A stretch of DNA of 64,000 bases, from the NCBI GenBank assembly GCA_015680685.1, contig MNCI01000312.1, positions 335,866 through 399,865 on the forward strand, in the 5' to 3' direction. Positions within the stretch are counted from its first letter, which is position 1, and the number at the start of each line of letters is the position of its first letter. The translations under genes were made by a program, and so were the position numbers. This DNA is from Gnetum montanum (Eukaryota; Plantae; Gnetophyta). Below, piece after piece: positions 24,837-37,258 of the stretch. A model generated the notes under the pieces. The model searched no databases and was not told where the DNA came from. It worked only from the letters and a program-made list of their open reading frames with translations.

Positions 24837-25441
24837 CCCTCCTTGAACCTTTGCACATATAAAGTTGTATTACTTATTGTTGTGCATGGCATACTCTAGG
24901 CCTTGGCCACATGGCCTAAGGGATTGCCTTGGCCTAGCCATCATGAGATTCATAGGGTTATCAATCTTTATCTCTTGTTGGATAAGCTAGATATCAAGTA
25001 TGTTTGAAATTGACACTAGAGGTTGAGCTAGGTTCATGGTTGTATATTGAGTTTTAAAGGGAAATTGTGGAGGTTGCTGGTTGCAAAATACACTAGACCA
25101 AGCTGAAACTAACTCTTTTTTGGTTGATACCACTAACTACACTTGCCATTGTGGAGAGCTGACTATGCTATTTACACTAACTACACTCTCCACTACAAAG
25201 AGCCAACTACATTCTCCTCGACAAAGAGTTGACTATGCTATCTAAGTTAGAGATGACTATGCTCTAATTGAGGATAATGGAAACTTAGCAAAATAGTGGA
25301 GAGAAGTGCAGTTTGGGGTTGTTATGCAGGGTCTTGGGGGAACTGACTACAATTTCCAATCTACATTGATGGGTCAATGGACAACTATGATATAGAGAGC
25401 TCATGAAATAGCTTCAATGGAGGTTGAAAAAAGGGATTCAT

Positions 25442-25458
25442 CCCTCCTTCTAACACCA
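25442..25458 (-). other. PBS of B-inner, tRNA-Asn type (TGGTGTTAGAAGGAGGG)
   Basis: Lies 5 nt after the LTR end ...GCTACA at 25464. Confidence 0.8.
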
Positions 25459-25463
25459 AAAAT

Positions 25464-27339
25464 TGTAGCAACTAACAATGTTGATGGCTGGAACACTGGG
25501 GTCCATGAGTGCATAGCCTAACCCTAAAATTAGGTGAGGGCCTGTTGGAGGCAAAGACAGGGTGCCTTGAATAATCTGCTAATTGAACAAGGACTTACCA
25601 TATGCAAAGGGGGGGGGGGTGAAACATGGTTAATTGCAATGCTGATGCAAAATGATGCTAAGTGTTCAAGCGATGTTAATGGTGTCAGTGGGGTTGAGTG
25701 TAGTTAATATTTTCAGCAAAAATGAGGGTGTCAATATGCAGAGACCACCACCCAAGTGTATTTTTATGTGTGACTATGTTGTGAAATAGTGGAAAATGCA
25801 AATAAAATGCAAAAAATTCAAAGAGCGAGGGAGAGAGAGAGAAGAGAAAGAAGTAGAATACCATCCTAAACAAGGTTGAGCATAGTTAACACCAAAAGGG
25901 ATTAGAAGGTATACAATGTTCACCATGTGTAGTGGACAACATAGTCAAAGTCTTAGGGGTGTTTGGCCATGAAGATTAGCTTTCTGTTGAGGTGTCTACA
26001 TCTACTAGGTTGGCCACCATGGTGTACTATTATTTACGGTATGCTAGTGGACTACGGTGGTTTGTAACTTTGTTGATATGCCTTTTGTTTTCTCCCAAGT
26101 GCTCTTTAGGTTTGGCAAGTCTCTGGTTTACTAATTCGTGAACTCTGGAATTTGCCAACCTAGATTTTTGTCAATCCTAAAAATGTTAAGTACAAGGGTA
26201 TTTATAGGCCTAGGGTTAGCATGAAATGTAGGATGGCCATCACATGGTAGAGGGGACAGTTGGGACTACATTGTCATCCAACTACACTCTCCACTAGGCT
26301 AGTGGTGTTGTACTTTACTGTGCTCTACTAGACTCTATGAGACTATGAGACTGTGACTACACTATCAACTACATGTGTGTGCTAAGAAGACTATAAGGTA
26401 CCTAAGAAAATGTAATTTTGGAGACTACACTTTGGGACTACACTCTCCATGCTCTCACATGGGATTGAGCATAGTTAAAATTTTGGGGCCAGAAAGGGAA
26501 TACAAAAGGATGCATTTTGCTAACTACATTTGCTAAAGGTGAGTTAGAGCTAAGTGACCTTGCTATGCTATGGAGGTTGCTGGAGGCTAATCTTGTTGAC
26601 TACGCATGACTACGCTTTAGACAGGGGAAGAGTGTAGTCCCACACTTAGAAAAAATTTGTAATACTTGACCTTTATGTTGACTATGCTCTCTACTAGAGG
26701 CTAACTACACTGTGGATTGGTGGAAAGCGTAGTCTCGACAGTTAGAAGAATTTGCAAAAAACTAGCTTTTGTGTTGACTAAGCTCTCCATGATAGGCTAA
26801 CTATGCTCTAAACTAGGGATTAGTGTAATCTTAGTACTTGTCAAAACTTATGAAAACTGGCTTTTGTTTGACTACACTCTCCACGAGAGGCTGACTACAC
26901 TCTAGGGTAATGGAAAGAATAGTCCCAATACTTAAAACAATTTTCAATGACTAGCTTTGTGTTGATACTTAGAAAAAATTACAAAACTAACCTTTGTATT
27001 GACTATGCTCTTCATGAGAGGCTAACTACACTTTGCGGCAATGGAGAGTGTAGTCCCAACACTTGGAAAAATTTGTAGCAACTGGCTTTATGTTGACACT
27101 TAGAAAAAATTGCAAAACTAGACTTTGTGCTAACTACACTCTCTATAAAAGGCTAACAATGCTCTCCATTGGGGTGGAGCATAGTCTCATCACTTAGAAA
27201 AAATTGCAAAAACTAGCTTTTGTGCTGACTATGCTCTCCACGAGAGGCTAACTATGTTCCCTACTAGGGTTGAGCATAGTCTCAATACTTAGCCAAAATT
27301 ACGATTGGGATGTCATAGTCTGAATGTGGTGGTGTTTCA
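25464..27339 (-). repeat. 5' LTR of B-inner
   Basis: TG..CA termini on the minus strand, direct repeat of 4572-6324, followed by a PBS. Confidence 0.9.
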
Positions 27340-27344
27340 AGGAT

Positions 27345-29990
27345 GACCTTATAAGTCCTATAGTCCCATCTCTCTTCCAACTAGGGTCCCACTACCCAAA
27401 TTCACTAAATACAATAGTGAGGGAGATCCAAATGTGCATTTGGTCAGGTTTAGGTTAGAGTGCCTACTGTTGCAAGCATGATCACATGTCATCACATGTG
27501 TGTTTGCCATGTCACTAACTGGAAAAGCCTTGGATATGTACCATGCACTACTCAGAGGCTCTATCTCCTCTTTGGAGGACCTCTTGAGCCAATTCGTAAC
27601 ATACTTCAAATACAATTTGAAGGCAAACACAACCTTAGATCAACTAATGCAAGTCAAGCAGGGCCATCGAGTTCATTCAATGCTAGAGTGCTTTGCTAAA
27701 TGAAATACGATAGTCGATAGTTGAAGCACATCTTGTAGCCATTTTTAAAGGTGCAATCAATGACTTTATAAAGTCAAAACTATATTACTTGGGTCCATGA
27801 TCCCTAAGCCATGCTTTTGCTCAAACCAAAAGTATAGAAGACATGACAGAAGCTAGTAAGGACTTGGCCTACATGGCCTACAATTATCAACATGTAAGGA
27901 GAGACAAAGACAAGGGAAAATAGAACTCAATGGTGTCAACTATAACCAAAGAAGCCAAAGTAACCAACCAAGGGTAGACATCTAGTTAGCCCAAAGACTC
28001 AGCTAACAACAAAGTTACTAACTCAAGCACTAAGACAACCAACAAGCCTACATACTCGATGGCCACAACACAAGTTGTTTAAAGGTCCAACTTTGAGCAC
28101 AAGGTTTACCCTAAGTATAGCCCATTTCCACTAAATCCTTTAGATTTGCTAGATCAATTGCTAAAAGCTAGACACATCCAATACAAACAAATGTTTAAGG
28201 ATGCTAGCAAAAAGCATGATAGATACTACGAGCTATTGAGAAATCCTGCTTTGGTGGCAAAAAATGAGCCCTTGGTCCCAAGACACTTTAAGTTGAACCA
28301 ATTTTTGCATTACCACTAGTTGTCTAACCATAGCATAGAATTTTGCCTAACTTTAAAAGATGAGTTGCAAAGGATGATTAACAAAGGTGAGCTAGTACTT
28401 GACACTGCAAACCTAGTCATGCCCTAGAACTAGTCCATGAGGGTGTACAATGACCCTATAAATGTAGATGATGCTAGCTATGTCATAAACACTATCAATA
28501 TTGATGACAATGTAGAATCAGTGTAGTAGCCATTCATGGTTTAGGTGCCCTCTGGTAGTGAAAGGGTCTCCTTGACCCCCTTTTATCATTAGAGCACCAC
28601 CTCAAGCACCCACAACACCTTTCATAGTTAGGGTCCCCCCAGCATGTCACATAAACAGTAACCACTCAAGCATCCTTCATCATCAGGGTGTCACAACATG
28701 CTGGTCCCTCACTTGTTTGAAGCTTGATGGTAGCTAACACATCGATCCCTTCCTTCATAATGGCTAACCTCATTGGCAACACTGACAAGTCCTCCAGGTG
28801 GCAACATAGGAGACCCAATGAGAATCTCATAGGAAAAATGATTAGGCAACATCAAGACCAAAGAGCGTTGGGTCCACTAAAACCAGTTCCTATATTTGTA
28901 GTTCCTATTGCCAAAACAATTGAAGAGGCCACAACGAGAAAATCACAAGGGAGCACTAAGGCCCCTAAGTAAGCCAAGTAAACAAAGCCTAGGTTGCTTC
29001 CATGAGGAATTTGTCTCTTAGGCTACGTGAAGGAAGTCAAGATCAATAAAAACATGGTTGATGGTAAAGACTTCGTAGACACATTAGCCTATGTCAAACA
29101 AGTGCTTAAATAGAAAAATACAACACTGAGCTTGTATGACCTAATCATCACCTTATTTTCCCATCATGAAGCATTGGTGTGGATGTTGATCTCCATCCCT
29201 GTTATGGAGGACAACCATGTAGATGATCCCTCTATCCATGTAGTGATGCTACCTCCTACACCACAAGAATCGAGTTCCATGTCCCTAGCATTTCACAATG
29301 AAGCAATCAAGGTCAATCCTAAGAGGGGTAAGCTCATAACAACTCCTATGTTTATTACTATATGCGTCAGGCAATGCAAAATTTGTAGAGTGCACATTAA
29401 TGATGGAGTTGTAACAAACATAACACCATACACTGTCATAGATAAGCTAGGCCTCATAGATTAAATTATGCCAACAAAAATTGCATGCTTGAAATCCTTT
29501 AACAGGTCATGTATCATTGTTAGGGGCATTGTTACTATAGCTTTTGTAGCAAGGGAGTAATTCCCCATCACTGTTGAGTTTATTATCATAGAAGAGATGT
29601 TGGGCTTCAACCTGATATTAGATAGACTTTGGCTAGCCCAATTATGAGCCATCTCCTCTTCGATTCATCAAGAGATCCACCTCTCGTATGAAGGTGGTGA
29701 AGTTATCATCTATGGTGATAATGTTGTTCCTTTGGCCATCAACAACATAGATATGGAGCAAGGATTAAAATTTGAGTTTCCTAATGATGCATCCATGGCA
29801 AAGAATGAAAATCATGAAGAAGATACACCCGAAAAGATGGTAGAAACTAGTAACTTCTTAGAGGAGGTCATTTGGGTAGAGTTGCCCTTTGATGTAGCAA
29901 GTGAAGGTCAACGGGATTACTAGATAATGCAGTTTAGACCTTATGCACCTCATAACCCACACCAAGTTAGGAAGAAACTTCACAACTAAG
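27345..29990 (+). pseudogene. gag: gag-protease of B-outer, C-terminal part
   Basis: RVPLPKFTKYNSEGDPN, zinc knuckle FLHYH*LSNHSIEFCLTLK, protease ICRVHINDGVVTNI and flap region FNLILDRLWL. Confidence 0.85.
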
Positions 29991-30289
29991 GTACCTCATT
30001 AGTCTAAAATGCACTAGGTTTTTACCTACACTTTTGTGTGCCATGCATTTTACTTTTTACTTATGTTTCATTTGTTTCACATTAAATTACCATTATAGTA
30101 TGTTATTTGCGTTTAGCTTGATTGCTCAGATTATGTATCACTTCACTTAGTTTACACATTTTCTTGCTTTGTTTATACATTTGTTCACATAGTTTATGCT
30201 TTCAAAGTTCTTACCATGCATCAAAAACATGAAAAATGCATAAAAATCATAAAAGTGAAAAAATCACAAAAAAGAGAGATAGCAATATG

Positions 30290-30630
30290 TGGGTTGGAAT
30301 GGCCTAAAACTATCACTTTTAATTCCATTGTTGTAGCCTAGAATGGCCTTAAACTAGAAATTCATGGCTCGAAATGATCTTAAACTATTTCCATAGCCTA
30401 GAATGACCTTAAAATATCATCATGGCCCACCATGGCCTTAAATTGGGTGACTCCATGGCCCGCTATTGCCTTAAACTAGCAACACACAAATTGAAATGTT
30501 TAAAAAATAGCAGTAGCCCTCTTACTATAGCATTAAACTAGCATGGGGCCTATTAAGGCTTTAAATTAACAATAAACTTGCTATGGCTCACAATGGCCAA
30601 GTATCACTATGGCTTGTAATGGCCCAAACT
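30290..30630. repeat. Tandem motif array (ATGGCCTTAAACTAG-like) after the predicted splice donor
   Basis: Reverse complement of the 13850-14270 array. Confidence 0.8.
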
Positions 30631-33600
30631 CACATACTCATAGCAAATGCAATAAAATCATTATATAAGGATACAATTTGATACAATACACTTAGCAAAT
30701 AATCATCCATAGAAAATGTAATATGAATAGTAATACATAGCATGATTAGCATCACATAGCAAAAATGTAGAAAAAAGCCTAGTAGGAGGTACATCTAATC
30801 ATGATCAACTAGTAGTGCTAGGTGGGGTTGGAGGTTCTGCTTCCTCTACCATGTCACTAGGACCTGCAACATCACTTGGTACCTTCCACAACCATTAACA
30901 AATATGCATGATTAGTAAGCAAGCATGCATTACATGAGCTAACTCAAAACATAAAAGCATAAAAAACTAATGTAGTAGAAACTAACCTGGGAGGGTCCCA
31001 GATTGGTGAGTTCTGGAGGTATCTTTCCAAGGTTGACCTCTAAGCTATGGAGGATCTCAACTTTGGAAAGTTGCAACTAGTCTTCTTTGCCAAATTCAAT
31101 ACCCACAAGGGTGTTGCCTTTGTCCACGATGGTCTATGTGAGTGGATCCATGAAAAATGTAGTAGAGGAGGCCTCTTTGGAGGGGGTGATGATATGCCTC
31201 ATGGGAAAGTCACTCACAATTGTACATTGTGTGAACAAGTCATATACTTACTTCCTACTAGTTGCCTCAAGAAACATCTTGAGGTGGTAGCATTTGGTAG
31301 ACTCTTCCTTGTACCATTGCAGGTAGGCATCACACTTCTACTTGTACTAATGCTTGTGATCCTTCTGCATCTATCCCCACTAATAAACCTTTATGCTATA
31401 ATGCTTCTAATTTTGATTCTTTTGATCAAGAAAATACATTTGGAGCTGCTACTCTACCAACTCCTACATGGCCTTGTTCTTACCTTTGAGAGCTATCCAA
31501 TACCTTTTGGCATACTCAATCTTAGAGGTACGCTAGGTGCCATGTCCATGTGATCTAACTACTATCAATTTGTATCTAGATTAAAGATCCTTGATCTTCT
31601 TATCTTAGCTAGTTCCCTCTCTTGTAGTTCATGCATGCATTTCCATAGGTGCTCATTAGAGTGCCTGTAGACCCATAACAACTTTGGATAAGAAATAACG
31701 CACTTGTTAGATATCCTGTACATGTGACAAGGCACTTGATCAACTTTGGGAGGAAGTTCGAGTAGAGTGCACACCCTTGCCACCTTGCTCGGATCCCACT
31801 ACAACTTAGGACCTTTATGCATATAACAACCAATCATTCTCAGCTAAAAACCAAGCATTTAAGCAATAAGTAGGATAGTATAAAGTGACATAGCATTGCA
31901 TGCATACCTAGCTTTGGGTCCGCTTGTCACAAGTAGTCCACCATGTCCTCAACAATGCTTTTCATGAAGGCAACTTTATCTGGCATCTCTACCCATGGGT
32001 CCATGTGGTAGGTAGATGTAGGACCACTAGTGGGAATATTTGACACTAAAATACAACAATGTAATTAGCACATGACTTGACATAGCTTAAGCTACAAGAG
32101 TAAATAAGGTAAGATATATGGCAATAAAGGTAGATTACCTAGCAAGTCCTCAGGAGTGAGTGTAGGGGGCTCATGTAGCTGCATAGCATCAAACCAAGTG
32201 TCAAAATCACCCTCGTCGAGATGGAGCAACCCCTCCTCTTCCAATTGCTAAAGGGACTCTACCACCTTGTGAAGCTCATCTCCATGAGCAACTTCCTTCT
32301 TAGCCTAAGGAGGTGCTTCCTTCACTTTTGCCTCATCCACTACTCTTGCATCCCTATCTTCTTTCTCTACAATTAACACATATACATGTATATCACATCA
32401 TTAGCTAGTTAACATTATAGCACCAAAGAAAAATAGAAAAACATAAAAAAAATATATATACATAAATGTAACTAGGGCATCTAAGAATCTATGCACACCA
32501 AGTTGCAACATCTGCATGCAAGATTTGTAGCTTGATGTAGATATTTTTACTACTTGGTTTCTTGATCTCAAGGATAGCTTCCTCTTGAGGATGCAACCTC
32601 TTGATCTTGGCCTTAGATGACCCCACTATCTTTGCTATGTAGCGATCTACCTTGCTCATTCCTTGGTGCCAACTAGAGGGCCCTCACCCACACTATCGCA
32701 TGAATAATGCAGGTGTCCCACAAGAACCTTGGTTGTTACTAATAACGACTCATCTATCTCCTTTAGAGGGTTCTACATGCATGTGGTCAAAAACATATGT
32801 TTGACCCATAGCTGAGATAGTTGCTCATGGTCCTGCACCATTCATTTTCCATCATCCCACATGACCAGAAGTTCTACAAACCTTCAGAGGTATCCTACAA
32901 AGAATGTGAAGTGGATGTGGGACCTTGCTTAGAGGTTGAATCAAAGCCAAGAAATCTCCGCATGCAGATCAATGGCTATGTACATAGTCCAATTTAAACC
33001 TCATACCCTCTAGTAGCACCTTCTTCATCACTCATGCATATTCCATCCCTAGGATCTTTGCTTGGAAAAGCACCTTTGGAAAGTCATAAGCATGGAATAG
33101 AGGGTAAAGCTTCCACACCTTAGGCACCTGCACATCTTTAATTGATATGCCTTTGTGAGATCAAGTGGCCTCCAACTAGTCCTTGATCTCCTCTTTGCAG
33201 TTCACCTCCTTTTTTGCCTTATTAATAATCATTGATTCATTAGCAAGAATGCCAAAGAGATCAGTCAAGAAGGCATTGTTGAGGTCCAGCACCACCATCA
33301 CACTGTGCAGCTGAGTGATAAAATTCCTAAAATTGCTGCTAAAGGAGTTAATGATGGTGACCATTTTGGCCACTGGGGTACTTAGGCTAAGGGCCAAGAA
33401 TAGGTCCATTAACCCAACATGCATGAGCTAAGTTGTCAGTGTGTCTGGCACTTTGTGGCATAGCAAGTGTTGTGTACCTTCCATGTCCCCATATTTCATG
33501 ATGAGGGTGGCCTCTGTGTGACTTGTGGTGATCATCATTACCTTGGCTAAGGCAAACTCCATTGTAATACAAAGCAAAATGAGGTTAGCATTTCATCATG

Positions 33601-34011
33601 CAAATAAGGCAAAATAAAGGGCATACATGTAAGCACATGAGCCAAAATGTAGATACGTATGTGCCACAAAAGGAGTACGAGACCAAGGGTGCTATAGACA
33701 CCTCCTTAGAGTTAATCTGACCAGCAACATACTCCTCATCTAACCAACCATGGGTCTTGCATCACTCATACACCTTCAAGTGATGGAAGATATAGATGTC
33801 TAGATCACATCCCATCTGCTTAATCATAGCTGCTTGAATGTTTGTGCTAGATGAGAAAACCTCTAAGGTAGTGTAGGTTAAGGTTAGAGCATCTGAATCA
33901 TTATGCAAGCCATCTTCATCAAATTTGAACTTGGTAATCAACCATAGAACCATTAGCAATTAATGTGAGCAAGTAGAAAAAAAACACTACATAAGCCATA
34001 GAAGCACTTAC

Positions 34012-34464
34012 TCTCTAATGCAGTAAATAGTTCTAGGTGGGTTTTGGAAGAAAGTATGCAACTTATGTGCAACAAAAAGGGTGTTGCTCTTATTATAACA
34101 AGTAAGCCCCATCATGTGCCATACTCTTGATAACTGCTAAACACACCTAGAACCCTTACATGATCCTTCTACCCCATCAACATTGGTAGCAGTCTCATCT
34201 AAGATGAACTTTAGAATGCTCTAGTTAGCCTCAAGTAGTAACATTTTGGTGATAGCACTCGCAATATCAATTACCAAGTGTGATCACATGATCACACTAA
34301 ACTATTGTAATAGGTATTCCAGGAGCTACCTAGGTCCTAGTCGAAACCACACTATCTAATGATCCACTCACATATTTGGCATAGGGGTGTTGGAAATAGG
34401 TTTGCTTATGCAACACAGTATGTCCACAAGCTCAACCATGATCAAAATGGGTTTCAACAACATC
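34012..34464 (-). pseudogene. FCP1/SCP-like (HAD, NIF) domain exon, B-outer copy
   Basis: MLLKPILIMVELVDILCC...IVWFRLGPR*LLEYLLQ*FSVIM*SH...ILKFILDETATN...V*QLSRVWHMMGLTCYNKSNTLFVAHKLHTFFQNPPRT, bounded by AG and GTAAG. Confidence 0.78.
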
Positions 34465-35344
34465 CTACAATCATCAAGCAATAGGTAAAGTATTAATACA
34501 TGCATAGATGGAAAATTTTGATATACATATTATAAATTATTAACATAAATTAGCAAAAATGCCTAATTTTGATAGTACACCCTAGGGCCCCATAGGTATA
34601 GGACATCAATTATCTTGTTTGACATACCTAGCACTCACTGGGGTACAACATACTTTGTAAGATTAACATTGCACATGATTAACAAAATTTTTAGCAACTC
34701 TGGATTACCCTAGTGGAGAGCGTAGTCCCAAAAACAAAGATTTTGACAAACACTTGTAGCAACTACACTCTTAACTCTTAATGCATAGAGAGTGTAGTTT
34801 AAAACCATGGCCATGGAGAGCATAGTCTTCACTCAGTGCCATGCTCATCATGCCTACCAGGTTCCACCATGATCCTCCCTCTTCCCCACTAGTGCCACCC
34901 TAGGTGCAACCCAAGGCTTAGCCTCCAAAGTCTCAAAATCCTACTCACAACACTAATGGCCTTGCATTTGTAGTCTAGAGCGTAGTCTATAGGGTTATCC
35001 CTACAATGATAAAAAAAAAACAAACAAGAGAAAGAAAATCATGTGTGTAGAAATAACATAGAAATAGATTTTTATCTTACCCCCTTATCGCTATCAAAAT
35101 CCCAATGCTCCATCGCTGCCAAAACCCTAGCATTGATCATGGCCACACTACATAGAGTGCAATGGTGGCCATGACCCCTATAGCCATATTGCAACACACA
35201 ATGCGAGGGCCCTAAGCCCCATACCACAAAAAACTCAATGCCTATGGTAGCTATAGCCCCTATAGCTGTGTTGCATAGCATAATGGTAGTTGTTGTCGGC
35301 TGCAGAAAAGAGCATCTATGAGGCCCTAGACATCACATAGGCCT

Positions 35345-35348
<4 letters not shown>

Positions 35349-35389
<41 letters not shown>
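35349..35389. repeat. (AG)n microsatellite
   Basis: Directly visible. Confidence 0.95.
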
Positions 35390-35392
<3 letters not shown>

Positions 35393-36391
35393 AAGAAAAA
35401 AAGGTAGAAGTAGAAGAAAAATTATGCATGATGCTAGTTGTAGTCCCTTGTGGTCATGCCACAGTGTGTAATGGTAGCTGTGGCCTCCTACAACTGTGCT
35501 GCGGTGCATGGTGGCTGACATGTCCCTCATGGTCACATCGTGGAGTGTGATGCACAGGGCTATAACTCCATGTAGTCATGAAATCATAAAAACCCTCTAT
35601 GTTACCATGCCATCCCTATCACCAATCTATGTTGCAAATGATACCTAGTTGTGATAGCCGCTGCCATGATAGGGCATGCAAAGTGACACTATGGGACTAC
35701 ACTACTAATGAACCTTAAAAAGATAAAAAGTGAACAAGAAAATGGAACCAAGGAGGAGAGCATAGTTAGTGTACCTAGCTAATGTAGATGGACTCCTCTC
35801 CTCCATGTGTAGTTATGGTAGGCAACTCAATGCTCTCTCTCCCTTGGCAATGTTCGCTAGCCTTTGGTGAATGTGTGTACTTCAATGCATCATCTTTCCT
35901 AGGACTATGCTCTCCACTGGTGACAAAGGCAGACACAACAATAAGACTATGCTCTCAATGTTGTGTTAAAGGCAAATAAAATGACAAGTTACCATGGTAA
36001 AACTACACCTATATACCCTCCTAGGGCCATTTAATGATCCACCAACCTAAGACTATGCTTGCTACCAAATGCCTAGTGGAGAGCATAGTCAACCATATTG
36101 AGCCCAAAAGATGATTTTTTGCTACCCTGTAAATGTGCAAGTTGATTTCACTCCTTGACCATGATTCGCTATCCTTGGAACAACATGTTTGACACATTCT
36201 TGGTCTGGTAAGACCTAAAACTAGCATAAATATGGCTTGTTGAGGCCTAAAACTAGCACAAACATGTTTACCTCCCATAGAAGCTTGCATGCATGCTTAA
36301 CAAAATTTCATTGGATTACTTTTTTCTCATTTGTGCATATTAACTTTGTTAATATAGGTGCCACTTGATGTTTTTCTAGTTTATTTTGCAA

Positions 36392-37258
36392 AAACACAAC
36401 ATGGCTATAAAGGAGTAGATCTTCTCACCTTTGGTCCTCATGGGGCCTTATGATGACATCAAGCGATGCATTGACCCTCCTTTTCTAGACCTTGAGCCTA
36501 CAGCCTACAGCCTACAACGAATACATAGCCTCTATAGAAGCACCACTAGACTGGCCCAACCATCTCGTTAAGCCTCTCGACTTAGAGGTAGCGGATGTCA
36601 TAGAGGATCCCCTTGTTAAGATCCATATGATAGCATACAATGGTGAGGTGAGAATGTTGAAACTAAGCTCTTCGCTAGAACCCCATCATGCTCAAGACAT
36701 TTCTAGAGTGCTTAATGATAATATCAAATCATTTGCATGGTCGTACAAGGACATGTTAGGCCTAGATCCTTGGCTAGTCTAGCAAAACATCATCCTTGAT
36801 CCCTACATCAAACCAATTAAACAAAAAGTGTGCAAGGTTTGGCCTAAGGTTGCGTTGGCAGTCCATGATGAGATCACTAAGCTTTATAAAGTTGCATTCA
36901 TCTAGGTTCTTGACTATGTAGATTGGATCTCCAACATCATAGTTGTGCCTAAGAAAAATGAAAGTATACACATTTGCATAAAATTTCTAAACCTAAACAA
37001 GACATCCATCAAAGATAACTTCCTGTTGCCCAGTATCGATCTACTGATCGATATCATGATTAGACATGCCTTATTGTACTTCATGGATGGGTTCTCGGGT
37101 TACAACCAGATTAGGATCAACCCTGAGCACTAGCTCAGTACAAACTTCATGGCCCCTTAGGGTATGTTTTACTACACAATGATGCCTTTTGGACTAAATA
37201 AAACAAGATTAACATACCAATAAGTAATGACATACATCTTTGGTAACTACATGCTTAG
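36392..37258 (+). pseudogene. pol: Reverse transcriptase N-terminal fragment (Tat/Ogre type), truncated before YxDD
   Basis: FAWSYKDMLGLDP, WISNIIVVPKKN, LNKTSIKDNFLLPSIDLLID, FMDGFSGYNQIRI and YTMMPFGLN are canonical Tat-lineage RT motifs. Confidence 0.92.

Larger units (their letters stand above)
4572..27339 (-). mobile_element. Tat/Ogre-like element 'B-inner', two LTRs, non-autonomous (RT-RH-INT deleted), inserted in B-outer gag
   Basis: LTRs 25464-27339 and 4572-6324, PBS 25442-25458, PPT 6325-6338. TSD is AAGAT (4567-4571) / AGGAT (27340-27344), and removing the insertion restores the host gag codons F-Y-Q-D-D-L-I-S. Confidence 0.9.
30795..35890 (-). pseudogene. Antisense multi-exon FCP1-like pseudophosphatase gene, B-outer copy
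   Basis: Collinear with 8866-13683. The FCP1-like exon 34464-34012 reads in a single frame. Confidence 0.75.
1408..37258 (+). mobile_element. Tat/Ogre-like Ty3/gypsy element 'B-outer', 3'-truncated, carrying nested insertions at 4572-27339
   Basis: 5' LTR 1408-3088, PBS 3094-3110, gag from 3594 that stops at 4571 and resumes in register at 27345, protease near 29400, RT fragment 36392-37258. No 3' LTR is seen. Confidence 0.85.

Noticed and set aside
36487-36488. Downstream AG (also at 8283-8282) as the pol splice acceptor
   Set aside because: It is also phase-compatible, but the B3 homologue lacks AG there and has an intact AG about 98 nt upstream after a better pyrimidine tract. Kept only as an alternative.
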